From the IMG/VR virus record IMGVR_UViG_3300037067_009972: DNA of 64,000 bases. One strand, 5' to 3'. The notes beneath the pieces are model-generated. The model did no database searches and was not told the DNA's origin. It saw only the letters and a list, made by a program, of their open reading frames with translations. The translations under genes were made by a program, and so were the position numbers. Every line of letters starts with the position of its first letter. The stretch's first letter is position 1. This stretch comes from an uncultured virus (IMG/VR IMGVR_UViG_3300037067_009972). Taxonomy: Duplodnaviria > Heunggongvirae > Uroviricota > Caudoviricetes. Positions 46,801-55,815 of the stretch are shown here, piece after piece.

Positions 46801-48399
46801 TTATAATTTTATTATCCCGGTATCCGGCCAAATAAAAGGTATTGCCGCTGTTCTAGAAGTCTTGTATGGTAAACCATCTATGTTATTTAAGGAGACAATT
46901 ATCGGAGAAGTAGTTGCATCACCTGTATCTTGGAATATAACAGCTTTATGTATCCAGTGTAATCCTGAAACAGTTATTGTTAAATCGTCACAAGTAAGTA
47001 TACGATTTGTATTAGTTTTATTTGTCAGAGCTTCTGATATTGTATGTACTACTCCAGTAGGGAAGTCCCCCAAGAACTGGTATGTCTCTATACGTGCATT
47101 CACATGTGTATAGCGAGTATCCAATAATGCTATTTTAAAAGTATCTTCTTGCCAATTAAATGTTCCACTCAAAATTAATTCTTTGGCTTTTGCTGTGAAT
47201 ACATTAGATAATGTATCCAACATATTTAATGCATTAGTCGTTGCTATTGCCAGAGGTTGTTGCGGAACAGTTCCATAAGTTAAAGCACCTATAGAAATTT
47301 CATATGCGAAGACACCGGCTAAACCTTCATTATGCGCATAAGTAACTATGTCTTCTATTTGTCTTTCACTTGTGTACGATATAAATTCATCATTTGCTAA
47401 ACCTGACGCATTGTTGGATAAATAAGATGCATGTGCAGAAGAATCCCACTGTGGCACTAAGCCGCTAGCTATCTTGTTTGTAATATTTAAATAAGAGTAA
47501 TTAGCAGTATAATGCACGTCAGAAGCTCTGGGAGTACCAGCAATAGCAGTATAAAAACGCTGCCTTGGGGCAATGCATCCCTCCGCTGTATTATCATATT
47601 GCGGAGTATTATACCAACGATACCCATAATAAGCCATTCCCACTAATAACTTATTTCTTGGCCAACCAGCCGCAGTCCATCTTTGTACACCTGTTTGTAT
47701 AGCAGTCATCGGAGAATCATATATATCGTTATCAGTCTCATTTACAATATCTCCCACACTATTATATATTGGGTTACAATGCCACATCTTTCCAAACCAA
47801 TAGCCTCCCAAATCATAAGTCATAATAAAAATATAGTCAAGCATAGATTCACATTTATACCAAATCTCGGGAGACCACCAATTTGCCGTTATTAATAAGG
47901 GTTTACCAGTTGAAGTATATGCAGACGTTCGCTGCTGTAATCGAGTATACAGGTCTGTAATAAACTGTATAAGTAATGTCTCATCTGCGGCATATATAGG
48001 TTCTATGTCTAAATCGATACCATCATAATCGTATGTGTCATAAATGTAAAGTAATTCATTTAAAAAGTCTTCATACCTATTAGCCATAGCTGTATACCAT
48101 TTAGTGTTAGAGAATGCACCACCTACAGAAAATAATACAGGTTTATTATGAGTAGTATGTATATAATAACTAAGAGGTTTTTTTACATCAGCTGCGACAT
48201 CTGCATTGCTATATTCAATATAACCGCTAGCTGTGATACTGTATACAAATGCCAATGCAAAATCGATACGAGAAAAATCAATATCTCGCAGCCACAATTT
48301 TGCGTAATTGGAAGTACATGGTGTATTGTCTGGAGGTAATAGTTGACCCCAAGTACCCATTTTTATATCCCATAAAGGTATGTACATTCCACATTTCAT
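46801..48399 (-). CDS. GH18 glycoside hydrolase fused to a C-terminal virion structural domain
   Basis: SVGG, DGIDLDIE, MTYD; C-terminal ~135 aa resembles 48396-48824. Confidence 0.85.
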   Translation of the reverse strand: MKCGMYIPLWDIKMGTWGQLLPPDNTPCTSNYAKLWLRDIDFSRIDFALAFVYSITASGYIEYSNADVAADVKKPLSYYIHTTHNKPVLFSVGGAFSNTKWYTAMANRYEDFLNELLYIYDTYDYDGIDLDIEPIYAADETLLIQFITDLYTRLQQRTSAYTSTGKPLLITANWWSPEIWYKCESMLDYIFIMTYDLGGYWFGKMWHCNPIYNSVGDIVNETDNDIYDSPMTAIQTGVQRWTAAGWPRNKLLVGMAYYGYRWYNTPQYDNTAEGCIAPRQRFYTAIAGTPRASDVHYTANYSYLNITNKIASGLVPQWDSSAHASYLSNNASGLANDEFISYTSERQIEDIVTYAHNEGLAGVFAYEISIGALTYGTVPQQPLAIATTNALNMLDTLSNVFTAKAKELILSGTFNWQEDTFKIALLDTRYTHVNARIETYQFLGDFPTGVVHTISEALTNKTNTNRILTCDDLTITVSGLHWIHKAVIFQDTGDATTSPIIVSLNNIDGLPYKTSRTAAIPFIWPDTGIIKL

Positions 48400-48824
48400 A
48401 GTTTAAAAATTTTATTTGTCCCGTTATCCCACTGTATAATAACATCACCGCCACTAGGTGTAAACGGTAATCCTGTTCCAGTATCAATATATGCTAATAA
48501 TAAATCTGTAATCCCAGAAACAGTTGTTCCACTTCCGCCACCATCTTTCCATATAATTAATGCTTCGACACTTAACCCACTTACAGATGTAAAAGTTAAA
48601 TCGGTTGCATCGGCTATCCCGCTGTATGAAGTTAAACCTGTTAAAGCAGTTGCAGTTCCTATTCTAGACACCGAAGATACTGTGTTAGTATTCATATATT
48701 GCTGTGTTGTAAGGTTTACAGTATATGTTCCTGTATCTACTAATGTTGCTTTTATTGAATCCGTTAACCAATGTACAGACCCTTCTAAAAAAGCCTGTCT
48801 ACCTTTATCATATAAAGCACTCAT
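48396..48824 (-). CDS. virion structural protein
   Basis: LYDKG....L.G...W..D.IKA.LVD, L.AYID, GLP.TP.GGD....W......IFKL. Confidence 0.7.
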   Translation of the reverse strand: MSALYDKGRQAFLEGSVHWLTDSIKATLVDTGTYTVNLTTQQYMNTNTVSSVSRIGTATALTGLTSYSGIADATDLTFTSVSGLSVEALIIWKDGGGSGTTVSGITDLLLAYIDTGTGLPFTPSGGDVIIQWDNGTNKIFKL

Positions 48825-48825
48825 G

Positions 48826-50061
48826 TTATCTCAATCTCCTAATTTTTATATAACTTGTTTTTTCATTTCTTCCACTAAATACTACATTTTTTCTTTTATT
48901 TGCAGCAATTATTTTTGCTGTTCCTTGAATAAACTTTTGCTGTATTCGTGTATCAGTTGTTACACGCCCATATCCGACAATATTTTTAATAGCGGTATTT
49001 TTAATATTGCTGATACCGCTTAAAGAGGTAATAACAACAACAGTAATAACCGCTTTACCAACAACAATTTTTTGTGTCTCAACTTTAACACGAGAATAAC
49101 CTGTTTGATTCCTTAGAGTATTGTTTTTTATACTACTAACAGCATTTTGCCCTTTTACCGCGTTGGTAAGAATTCTAGCGGTTCCAGTACAGATCTCAAT
49201 AGTACTAGCAGTAATAGTCGCTAAACCATTTACAGTTCTTAATGTAGTTGTTTGAATACTAGCATTACCAGACTGTGTTTGTAATGCAATAGCTTCTATA
49301 CGTGATTGACCATTAATCGCGAGAGTCACAACCTTAGTTATACAGGCGCTACCTAGTAACGAGTGTATTTGCGGCACATTAATACGTGCTAAACCATTAT
49401 GCACTTGTTGCGTAGTAGTTAAAATTCTGGTTTTACCGAATTGTAGTTGTTGGGTAGTTCCAGTTACAATAACAGATGAAACTCCTGCAATTGTTTGAAG
49501 TGTGGTTTGTTGTAATCGGGCTACACCTAAAACTGTTTTTAAACTAAATTGTGATATTCTAGAAAGACCTTCAACGAATTTAACATCTGTAGTAGCAATT
49601 CTAGTAATACCCTCGCTAAGTTTATTGTTACTTACTTGTATGCGAGATTTGCCGATAAGCGTTGACATTGCTACCTGCTTAATTCGACTTACCGCAGAAA
49701 TAGTATTTAAATGATTTTTCGTAATTCTTGTATTACCGGTCTGCGTCTTAACTGTTGTACCAGTAACAAGTATGTTTGCAGTACCATTAATAGAAGTAGT
49801 AGAAGTTCTTTGTATTCTAGTTAACCCAGAAATTGTCTTTATTGCGATTACTTGTAATCTAGATTTACCATCAAGTGTTTTGATAATCGATGTTTGAATT
49901 CTAGACGCACCAGAAATAGTTCTAGGCGTCAACACCTGCACCCTTGCAATACCTACAAGAGTCTTATCAACAGGAGTCAATATTCTAGCAATACCTATTT
50001 GTGTTCGGGTAGTAGTACCACTAGAACTACTTGTTCGATTACCAAAAAATAGTTTTAACAT
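48826..50061 (-). CDS. Thr-rich fibrous protein made of 14-aa repeats
   Basis: Tandem units such as VDKTLVGIARVQVL, TPRTISGASRIQTS, IIKTLDGKSRLQVI. Confidence 0.8.
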   Translation of the reverse strand: MLKLFFGNRTSSSSGTTTRTQIGIARILTPVDKTLVGIARVQVLTPRTISGASRIQTSIIKTLDGKSRLQVIAIKTISGLTRIQRTSTTSINGTANILVTGTTVKTQTGNTRITKNHLNTISAVSRIKQVAMSTLIGKSRIQVSNNKLSEGITRIATTDVKFVEGLSRISQFSLKTVLGVARLQQTTLQTIAGVSSVIVTGTTQQLQFGKTRILTTTQQVHNGLARINVPQIHSLLGSACITKVVTLAINGQSRIEAIALQTQSGNASIQTTTLRTVNGLATITASTIEICTGTARILTNAVKGQNAVSSIKNNTLRNQTGYSRVKVETQKIVVGKAVITVVVITSLSGISNIKNTAIKNIVGYGRVTTDTRIQQKFIQGTAKIIAANKRKNVVFSGRNEKTSYIKIRRLR

Positions 50062-50064
50062 TTA

Positions 50065-50382
50065 TTATGCAGAAGTTGTCGGAATCGATAATACAAAATC
50101 GAGCCATTCTTTTGGAGCTGTTTGATCTATGCCTACAATTGTAACAACATCGGCGTTCATTTCTGCGGCGGCCAAGGATACTAAAGCTAAAACAGTTCCA
50201 GATGGATTTACCACTGGGGTTGTTAAAAGATTAGTTAAACCTGCACCATCGAGATCTACTTTAAAATCTCCTGCAGCGATTGTCGGGTTTGCTTTAAATG
50301 CACCAGACCCATCAGCTATGGATAATGCAATACGAACTTTAAATTCCTCACCTTTTACAGGTGGATTATACGGTGCTGCCAT
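50065..50382 (-). CDS. small virion structural protein
   Basis: FKANPTIAAGDFKV, AAEMNAD; AGGAG RBS. Confidence 0.7.
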   Translation of the reverse strand: MAAPYNPPVKGEEFKVRIALSIADGSGAFKANPTIAAGDFKVDLDGAGLTNLLTTPVVNPSGTVLALVSLAAAEMNADVVTIVGIDQTAPKEWLDFVLSIPTTSA

Positions 50383-50383
50383 T

Positions 50384-51556
50384 TTATACTCCTATTAAAT
50401 ATGTTGGTGACTTACTTGGAATAGCGGCGGTCGCGTATAATAATATAAGTGTTACTGCGATACCACCGAAAACTGCCGCATACATCTCATCTGTACATGT
50501 TAAACAACTGTGTAGCCAGGTAAGCGGTTTTACCATAGAATTTACCAATGTTTCTGAACCCCAAGTGGCTCCGCCATCGGTACTTATTTTGCAATACAAA
50601 GCCATACTTGTATATGCAGTTTCACTTCCATCTGATTTACCAAAATAATAAACAATTATATTATTCGTACCGGTATCTAATTGTATAGCACATCCTCCTT
50701 GATCATCCACGGAATCTGTTATAACATTAGTTTTTTCTACAATACCCGCGGTTCCATTTATATCCCAACAGCGTAAATCAGCGTTAGCTGCATCAGAAGC
50801 AGACCATGCGGCCAATAACAAATGACCGTCGCTCGGACGAATAGTACCATCAAACTGAGAGCATACTACGTTTGAGGCTATTGCGGTCATAGAGGTTGCA
50901 ATAGATGCCTCACTCCAACTATTTGCAGAATTGTCAAATACTTTCAAAGATAACTCATTTGCAGAACGATCCCAATAAGCACAATCGATGTCTTGAGTAT
51001 CTGCATAATTTCCAGGGTATAATTTATAATAATCGCTAGTAGCTTCATTAACATCAGTTAATGCCGAAAACGATACACCGCTAGCCGAATAATAAAAACC
51101 TGTTTCCGTACCTCCATCTACATCAAAAGCAACATATATATTTCCGCCCCTAGCCTTAGTAACAGATAAACATGTATTTACAGCCACAACAATAGATGCG
51201 CCATCGAACACAGTTACTTCAGAACCTACAGTATCGTTCAAGGTATTAAATGTTATGTACTGCACATTATTAGAAACCGATTCAAGAAATGCTAGATGTA
51301 CAAGATTTCCTGTATCGCCCGGCGTCCATCTATCATACCACACAGCTAGTCCTGCTCCGGTTATTGTGCCTTTTATTAAAACAGGCGAAGTCCATGAAAT
51401 ACCTAGATTAGTAGATTTTTGCCAATACAAATCATTATTCTCTGAATGTATTAAAAAGTAATACCACGCGGAAGAAGTTTGTACTAAATGAACGGACTGA
51501 CCACAATTTCTTGCGCTTGCTATTGTCGATTGAATCAATGAATCTGCTCTTATCAT
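50384..51556 (-). CDS. BNR/Asp-box beta-propeller protein
   Basis: KSTNLGISW and STDGGATW Asp boxes; GAGG RBS. Confidence 0.7.
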   Translation of the reverse strand: MIRADSLIQSTIASARNCGQSVHLVQTSSAWYYFLIHSENNDLYWQKSTNLGISWTSPVLIKGTITGAGLAVWYDRWTPGDTGNLVHLAFLESVSNNVQYITFNTLNDTVGSEVTVFDGASIVVAVNTCLSVTKARGGNIYVAFDVDGGTETGFYYSASGVSFSALTDVNEATSDYYKLYPGNYADTQDIDCAYWDRSANELSLKVFDNSANSWSEASIATSMTAIASNVVCSQFDGTIRPSDGHLLLAAWSASDAANADLRCWDINGTAGIVEKTNVITDSVDDQGGCAIQLDTGTNNIIVYYFGKSDGSETAYTSMALYCKISTDGGATWGSETLVNSMVKPLTWLHSCLTCTDEMYAAVFGGIAVTLILLYATAAIPSKSPTYLIGV

Positions 51557-51631
51557 ATTACCCTCTAAATAAAAAATGCCCAATAGCAATAAATGCTCTT
51601 GGGCATAAAGACTGCGGCAGCATTGTATTGC

Positions 51632-52009
51632 TTATAAAATTATTATTCTTTTTACATTTTTACCGGACGAATCGTTTCCTTGCCATCCGATATGATACTT
51701 AATTTCGTGCCCCACTTCTTGTTCGTTCTGATTAAAACTTTGTAAATGTCTTCTAAAATAAATTAAACGACGATTAGTTATATCTTCATCACAGAGAGAA
51801 AAAGTCATCCCGTTTATTTGAAAGGCACCGTCACGTAAATCAACCAATACGGCATCTTTCTCGTTCTCTAATCCAAAGGCTATTAATTTCTCATGATCTA
51901 TATCATAATATGCTGAACGTCGTTGATCTTTTGTTGATATGTCTTCCTGTGTTTGTTTTAACGTAGTTCCATCTTCATAAATAGCTGTGAATAAGTAATC
52001 TAGTTCCAT
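51632..52009 (-). CDS. hypothetical protein
   Basis: 125 aa; RLIYFRR and IGWQ segments. Confidence 0.75.
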   Translation of the reverse strand: MELDYLFTAIYEDGTTLKQTQEDISTKDQRRSAYYDIDHEKLIAFGLENEKDAVLVDLRDGAFQINGMTFSLCDEDITNRRLIYFRRHLQSFNQNEQEVGHEIKYHIGWQGNDSSGKNVKRIIIL

Positions 52010-52025
52010 AATTATAAGTTACTAC

Positions 52026-52556
52026 TTAATTTTCGTCGTAAGACAATGTTAATGTAACAGATGCTGTGTCTCCGGCTGCTGCCGAAACTGTTGTTTGTAA
52101 TTGTGTAGTCAAATAATTAGTATAACATGGATTTGTAGTCATAGTCGCAGCTTTACCAGAGTCCGCTGGGCCAGTTGCACCAAACCAAACTGCTACACCC
52201 GAAGCAATAACTGTTGTTGCTGTCATATTATATGTTAAACCGGCATTAGTTGCTGCGGCGGGTGTAGTATATGCTAATCTATCGCCATCAGCAGTCATTG
52301 CGGGCGCTCCCATTAATGTGAGTCCCGTACCTAATGTACCAGCCGTGTGTGCCCATTTACCTGCCGATATCTGATTAAACGAACCGGAAAATTTACCGAA
52401 CTGCCATTTAGTAAATGAATTATTTCCAGCAGTAATCGGTGATGAAGAATATGCGGTAGAACTATCGTCGATATTTTTCCAATTTACTTCTGCGCGATCA
52501 AGTGTTTGGGTTTGACCGGCTCCATTCGACTCACCCCATTGAAAAGTTGCTGCCAT
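52026..52556 (-). CDS. virion structural protein
   Basis: A/T/G-rich 176 aa, AAGGAG RBS, ends YDEN. Confidence 0.75.
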   Translation of the reverse strand: MAATFQWGESNGAGQTQTLDRAEVNWKNIDDSSTAYSSSPITAGNNSFTKWQFGKFSGSFNQISAGKWAHTAGTLGTGLTLMGAPAMTADGDRLAYTTPAAATNAGLTYNMTATTVIASGVAVWFGATGPADSGKAATMTTNPCYTNYLTTQLQTTVSAAAGDTASVTLTLSYDEN

Positions 52557-52582
52557 AAAAGTATCTCCTTTGATAATATAAA

Positions 52583-52611
52583 ATTATACTCAAATTAATC
52601 AGTATAGTCAA
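52583..52611 (-). promoter_or_regulatory. sigma70-type promoter
   Basis: TTGACT-17 nt-TATAAT just after the capsid terminator. Confidence 0.75.
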
Positions 52612-52621
52612 GAGTTGAAAT

Positions 52622-52651
52622 AAAAAAGGGCCATCCGTAGATGACCCTTTT
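52622..52651 (-). terminator. intrinsic terminator after the major capsid gene
   Basis: Minus strand AAAAGGGTCATC-TACG-GATGGCCCTTTTTT. Confidence 0.85.
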
Positions 52652-52671
52652 AATATTAGATGTTGCTATGC

Positions 52672-53586
52672 TTACGCATTTGTCCAGGTGAGTTTTGCAA
52701 CAGACTTAGTATTTAGAATACCCATACCAAGTGTTTCATATGCGGACCATTTTATCAGGTTACGTTTTTTCTCAATCCAGAATTTAACATCATTAAGGAT
52801 GTAGAATTTACCTAAGAATTCCTGAGGTGCGAACGCATACATTGTACCTTCTGGTAACAAATCGCCCTTGACGGTTGTCACGAACTTTTTGCCCAAAATT
52901 GTTGCGTATTTAAAGCCGTTAATATATACTTCACTAGCAGCACCCGAACCAACGGTTGTTGCAGGAAGTGTTGCTAACTTATTATAGTCGGCCTGGTTCA
53001 TTAATACAACATCAACCACCAACGGGTTAAGACCAGTCGTTGCGTCTTCCATTTTGTTGAACAATTTGGTAAACATCGCTAGTTCCATAACACCAGATGT
53101 TGTGGTTGTATATGACACTGTTTTACCAGAAGATGTTACAGCTGCAGCTACTGCGGTCATAAATGCAGTATCTTCAATCTTCATAATTTCTTTTACTGCG
53201 TTTCTTTCAACAAGTTCTGTAATCGGCATTTCATATGCAAGTAATTCTTCTTCAGTCTTTTGGAACTCTTTGGAGCTAATCCCGAAGAAACTGATCTCCG
53301 CACGATCGCCTTCAACGTACTGGACGTCTGGTTGACCGCGTAAAGAAATCATCATTGCGCCTGCATCTGGTTCGATGTCGACAATTTTAACTAATTGATC
53401 ATGTAACACCGTACGTTGTAAATCAGCCTTTGTTACATATTGTGGATTAATAATTTTGCGAGAAAATGCATTCTCACGTAGCTTAGTACGAATGTACTGG
53501 CCAGTCTCTTGCGCCACCTTCTCTAGTTCGGTATCAAGGCGGTTAACGAATATTTCGTTCAATGCTTTTGTATTTACGTTTTCCAT
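52672..53586 (-). CDS. major capsid protein
   Basis: 304 aa, last gene of the head operon before a strong terminator; LRE..F.RKI, ED..F and E..G.GI.N patterns. Confidence 0.8.
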   Translation of the reverse strand: MENVNTKALNEIFVNRLDTELEKVAQETGQYIRTKLRENAFSRKIINPQYVTKADLQRTVLHDQLVKIVDIEPDAGAMMISLRGQPDVQYVEGDRAEISFFGISSKEFQKTEEELLAYEMPITELVERNAVKEIMKIEDTAFMTAVAAAVTSSGKTVSYTTTTSGVMELAMFTKLFNKMEDATTGLNPLVVDVVLMNQADYNKLATLPATTVGSGAASEVYINGFKYATILGKKFVTTVKGDLLPEGTMYAFAPQEFLGKFYILNDVKFWIEKKRNLIKWSAYETLGMGILNTKSVAKLTWTNA

Positions 53587-53597
53587 TGTCCTTGTCC

Positions 53598-54044
53598 TTA
53601 TAGAGTTTGAATATCGATGACATCTAATGTTTGTGTAAAGTAAACTGTTGAATAAGATGCTTTTACACAGACAGCAACGGGATGATTAGTTCCTATTGTA
53701 CCGTTAGTTAATTTGCCGCCGGCAGTTGTATAAAGAATATCACCGCGAGAGGGGCTTCCTGTAAATTGATCGGTTGTTGCAAAAATCTTACCGACAATAA
53801 CAGACACTTTCTTTGAGTTGACAACATCAGGGGTAAATTGTCCTAATGCGCCGCTTCGATAAGACTCATTCCAAATCGGCCATGCCAATGCTGTTTGCGT
53901 CGATGTTAGAATTGCGTTTCCACTGCTATCTAAGGTTACCCATGAACCGGTAACACCTGAAGACAACACTTGGCCGGCGCCTGTTACTGCGACGTCGAGT
54001 TCTTTACGAAGTACCATTGATAAATCGCTATATATCTTAAACAT
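53598..54044 (-). CDS. capsid decoration/cement protein
   Basis: 148 aa beta-rich gene before MCP; TDQF, GD.L....GKL. Confidence 0.6.
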   Translation of the reverse strand: MFKIYSDLSMVLRKELDVAVTGAGQVLSSGVTGSWVTLDSSGNAILTSTQTALAWPIWNESYRSGALGQFTPDVVNSKKVSVIVGKIFATTDQFTGSPSRGDILYTTAGGKLTNGTIGTNHPVAVCVKASYSTVYFTQTLDVIDIQTL

Positions 54045-54050
54045 TTATTG

Positions 54051-54377
54051 TTATTCTCCGTATAATAAATAGTATGTTAAATTGTCCATTGTACCTCCGG
54101 GAGCCGGGATATCTGCTAGCGAGCCTAATTTAAATGTTCCGCCTTTTATCAGATCCAACGCTTTGGTAGCCGTTTCTAACTCCTCTAGAGTCATTTGCTT
54201 GAACTCAGAAACTTTTTGCAAAACATCTTCTGCTTCAAATTCCTGAGTGGTCAACATCTTTCGAATCAATTCCTCTGCTTTTTCGTAACGTGCTAACTTT
54301 GAAATCGCTTCATTGCGCTCACGGTTTAGAGTTCGTAAAGTTGCCGCCGCTGTTTTAAGAAGTTCTTTGTCAACCAT
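54051..54377 (-). CDS. helical scaffold-like head protein
   Basis: Coiled-coil, KTA/KLA motifs. Confidence 0.65.
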   Translation of the reverse strand: MVDKELLKTAAATLRTLNRERNEAISKLARYEKAEELIRKMLTTQEFEAEDVLQKVSEFKQMTLEELETATKALDLIKGGTFKLGSLADIPAPGGTMDNLTYYLLYGE

Positions 54378-54565
54378 TAGATTATCTTTCCTTCTAAATG
54401 ATCCACTAAAACTGCTAATTCAGCAAGTTTGTCCAACAGAGTATCTTCTTCTGCGTATGCTTCTAATGCTTCTGCTAGCTTCTCTACTTCGTCATTCGGT
54501 GTAACAGCAATAGGTTGAGGACTAACCTCAGCTTGCTTGCGTATAAGTTCCTGCAAGTTGATCAT
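54377..54565 (-). CDS. small acidic scaffold-like head protein
   Basis: MINLQELIRKQAE...VEKLAE...LDKLAE; GAGG RBS. Confidence 0.65.
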   Translation of the reverse strand: MINLQELIRKQAEVSPQPIAVTPNDEVEKLAEALEAYAEEDTLLDKLAELAVLVDHLEGKII

Positions 54566-54905
54566 TGAGGTCCCTCTTGTATTGGTAATATCCGAATCCT
54601 GCTGCACCTAACCCAAGAGCTGCGGCTGATCCTAAAAGGGCTTTGTGTTTCTTGCCACTCATCAGATCCGCATTATCTAATCGTTGACCGTGAGGTGTAC
54701 TCTTTAGAATTTGCGTTGCCTGTGCATCCATACTTTTTCCTTTTGCAATAAGTCTTTCACCCTTTTGGACCAGTTTAGGTGCCTGTCTAGATTTACTAAT
54801 AAATCTAGTAGCATCTATCACATCGCCCAAAACATTTGCGGACTTCTGCATTTCGTCAAAAAAAGCATTGGTTACGATAGCTTCTTGTGTTTCGATTGGA
54901 AGCAT
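54528..54905 (-). CDS. head-associated protein with C-terminal hydrophobic segment
   Basis: AFFDEMQKSA; AAALGLGAAGFGYYQY. Confidence 0.65.
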   Translation of the reverse strand: MLPIETQEAIVTNAFFDEMQKSANVLGDVIDATRFISKSRQAPKLVQKGERLIAKGKSMDAQATQILKSTPHGQRLDNADLMSGKKHKALLGSAAALGLGAAGFGYYQYKRDLNDQLAGTYTQAS

Positions 54906-54907
54906 GA

Positions 54908-55204
54908 TTACTTTCCTGCTTTAACTTCATCAACAAAAGCACGGGCCATGATGCGACCAGCTTCGTCTAGTTCTGCAATTTTTTGTTGCTCTTCTTCGAC
55001 TTGTAAATCATGGTTGATCATTAACTCTGCTAGTTGAGCCACATCCTCATCGGTATGGTTGTTTGGAAACTGTTGATTCATAAGTTCTTGTGCTGCTGAT
55101 GCATACTTCTCAATAACACGTACACGTTCTTCAGCTAACTTAGTTTGCTCGTTCTTTTCTTCTGCTTCTTTTTGCATTTGAGTATAAACGTCTAGTATTC
55201 CCAT
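54908..55204 (-). CDS. scaffold-like head protein
   Basis: QQKIAELDEAGRIMARAF shared with the upstream gene; GGAG RBS. Confidence 0.7.
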   Translation of the reverse strand: MGILDVYTQMQKEAEEKNEQTKLAEERVRVIEKYASAAQELMNQQFPNNHTDEDVAQLAELMINHDLQVEEEQQKIAELDEAGRIMARAFVDEVKAGK

Positions 55205-55205
55205 T

Positions 55206-55751
55206 TTAGTTTTCTCCAAAGAATTTGCGATATACTGCGGAGATAACCTTTGCATCTGCATTTTTTGTTGCATCATAAGCGGTTGGATGTTCCTCAACGC
55301 CTATTTCAGGTGCTGTAGGTGCTGTTGGCTGACCATTGACTTGAATGTAACCTTCCGGTCCCTTCAAACGTTCGCCTGCTGTAAGTTGTGAAATAATCTG
55401 AACGGCTTTCATTGCATTTTCTAAGCGCTCTGGTTTCAAAGATACTTGTACAGGATTGATAGGTTCTTCTGCTTTTGTATCAACATAACCATGTGCACTT
55501 ACTGCTAACTTCGAAAGTTCATTGTGGAACGCACGTGCCATAATACGGCCCGCTTCATCCATTTCTGTTGCTATTTTTTGTTGCTCTTCAACAGATGCTT
55601 CAACTACCGGTGCTTCAACTACGGGCGCTGGTGCTGGTACTACTGGTGCTACCGCTGCTGGTGCTTCCGATACTTCTGCTGGAGCCGCTACTGCGTCCGC
55701 AGTCTTTTCTAAAGTTACGCGATTGATAATATCTTGTAGATCTATAGGCAT
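55206..55751 (-). CDS. scaffold-like head protein with Ala/Pro/Val linker
   Basis: LEKTA, QQKIATEMDEAGRIMARAF, LSKLA. Confidence 0.72.
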   Translation of the reverse strand: MPIDLQDIINRVTLEKTADAVAAPAEVSEAPAAVAPVVPAPAPVVEAPVVEASVEEQQKIATEMDEAGRIMARAFHNELSKLAVSAHGYVDTKAEEPINPVQVSLKPERLENAMKAVQIISQLTAGERLKGPEGYIQVNGQPTAPTAPEIGVEEHPTAYDATKNADAKVISAVYRKFFGEN

Positions 55752-55786
55752 AATAATATTTCTCCTGAGAAATAATTTGTTGTATC

Positions 55787-55815
55787 ATATTACTGAATTT
55801 TTCACTTAATGTCAA
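55787..55815 (-). promoter_or_regulatory. sigma70-type promoter
   Basis: TTGACA-17 nt-TAATAT upstream of the scaffold/capsid genes. Confidence 0.7.

Noticed and set aside
48826..50061. CRISPR array or DNA tandem repeat
   Set aside because: The periodicity is at protein level with degenerate codons; I found no identical repeat-spacer array in the window.
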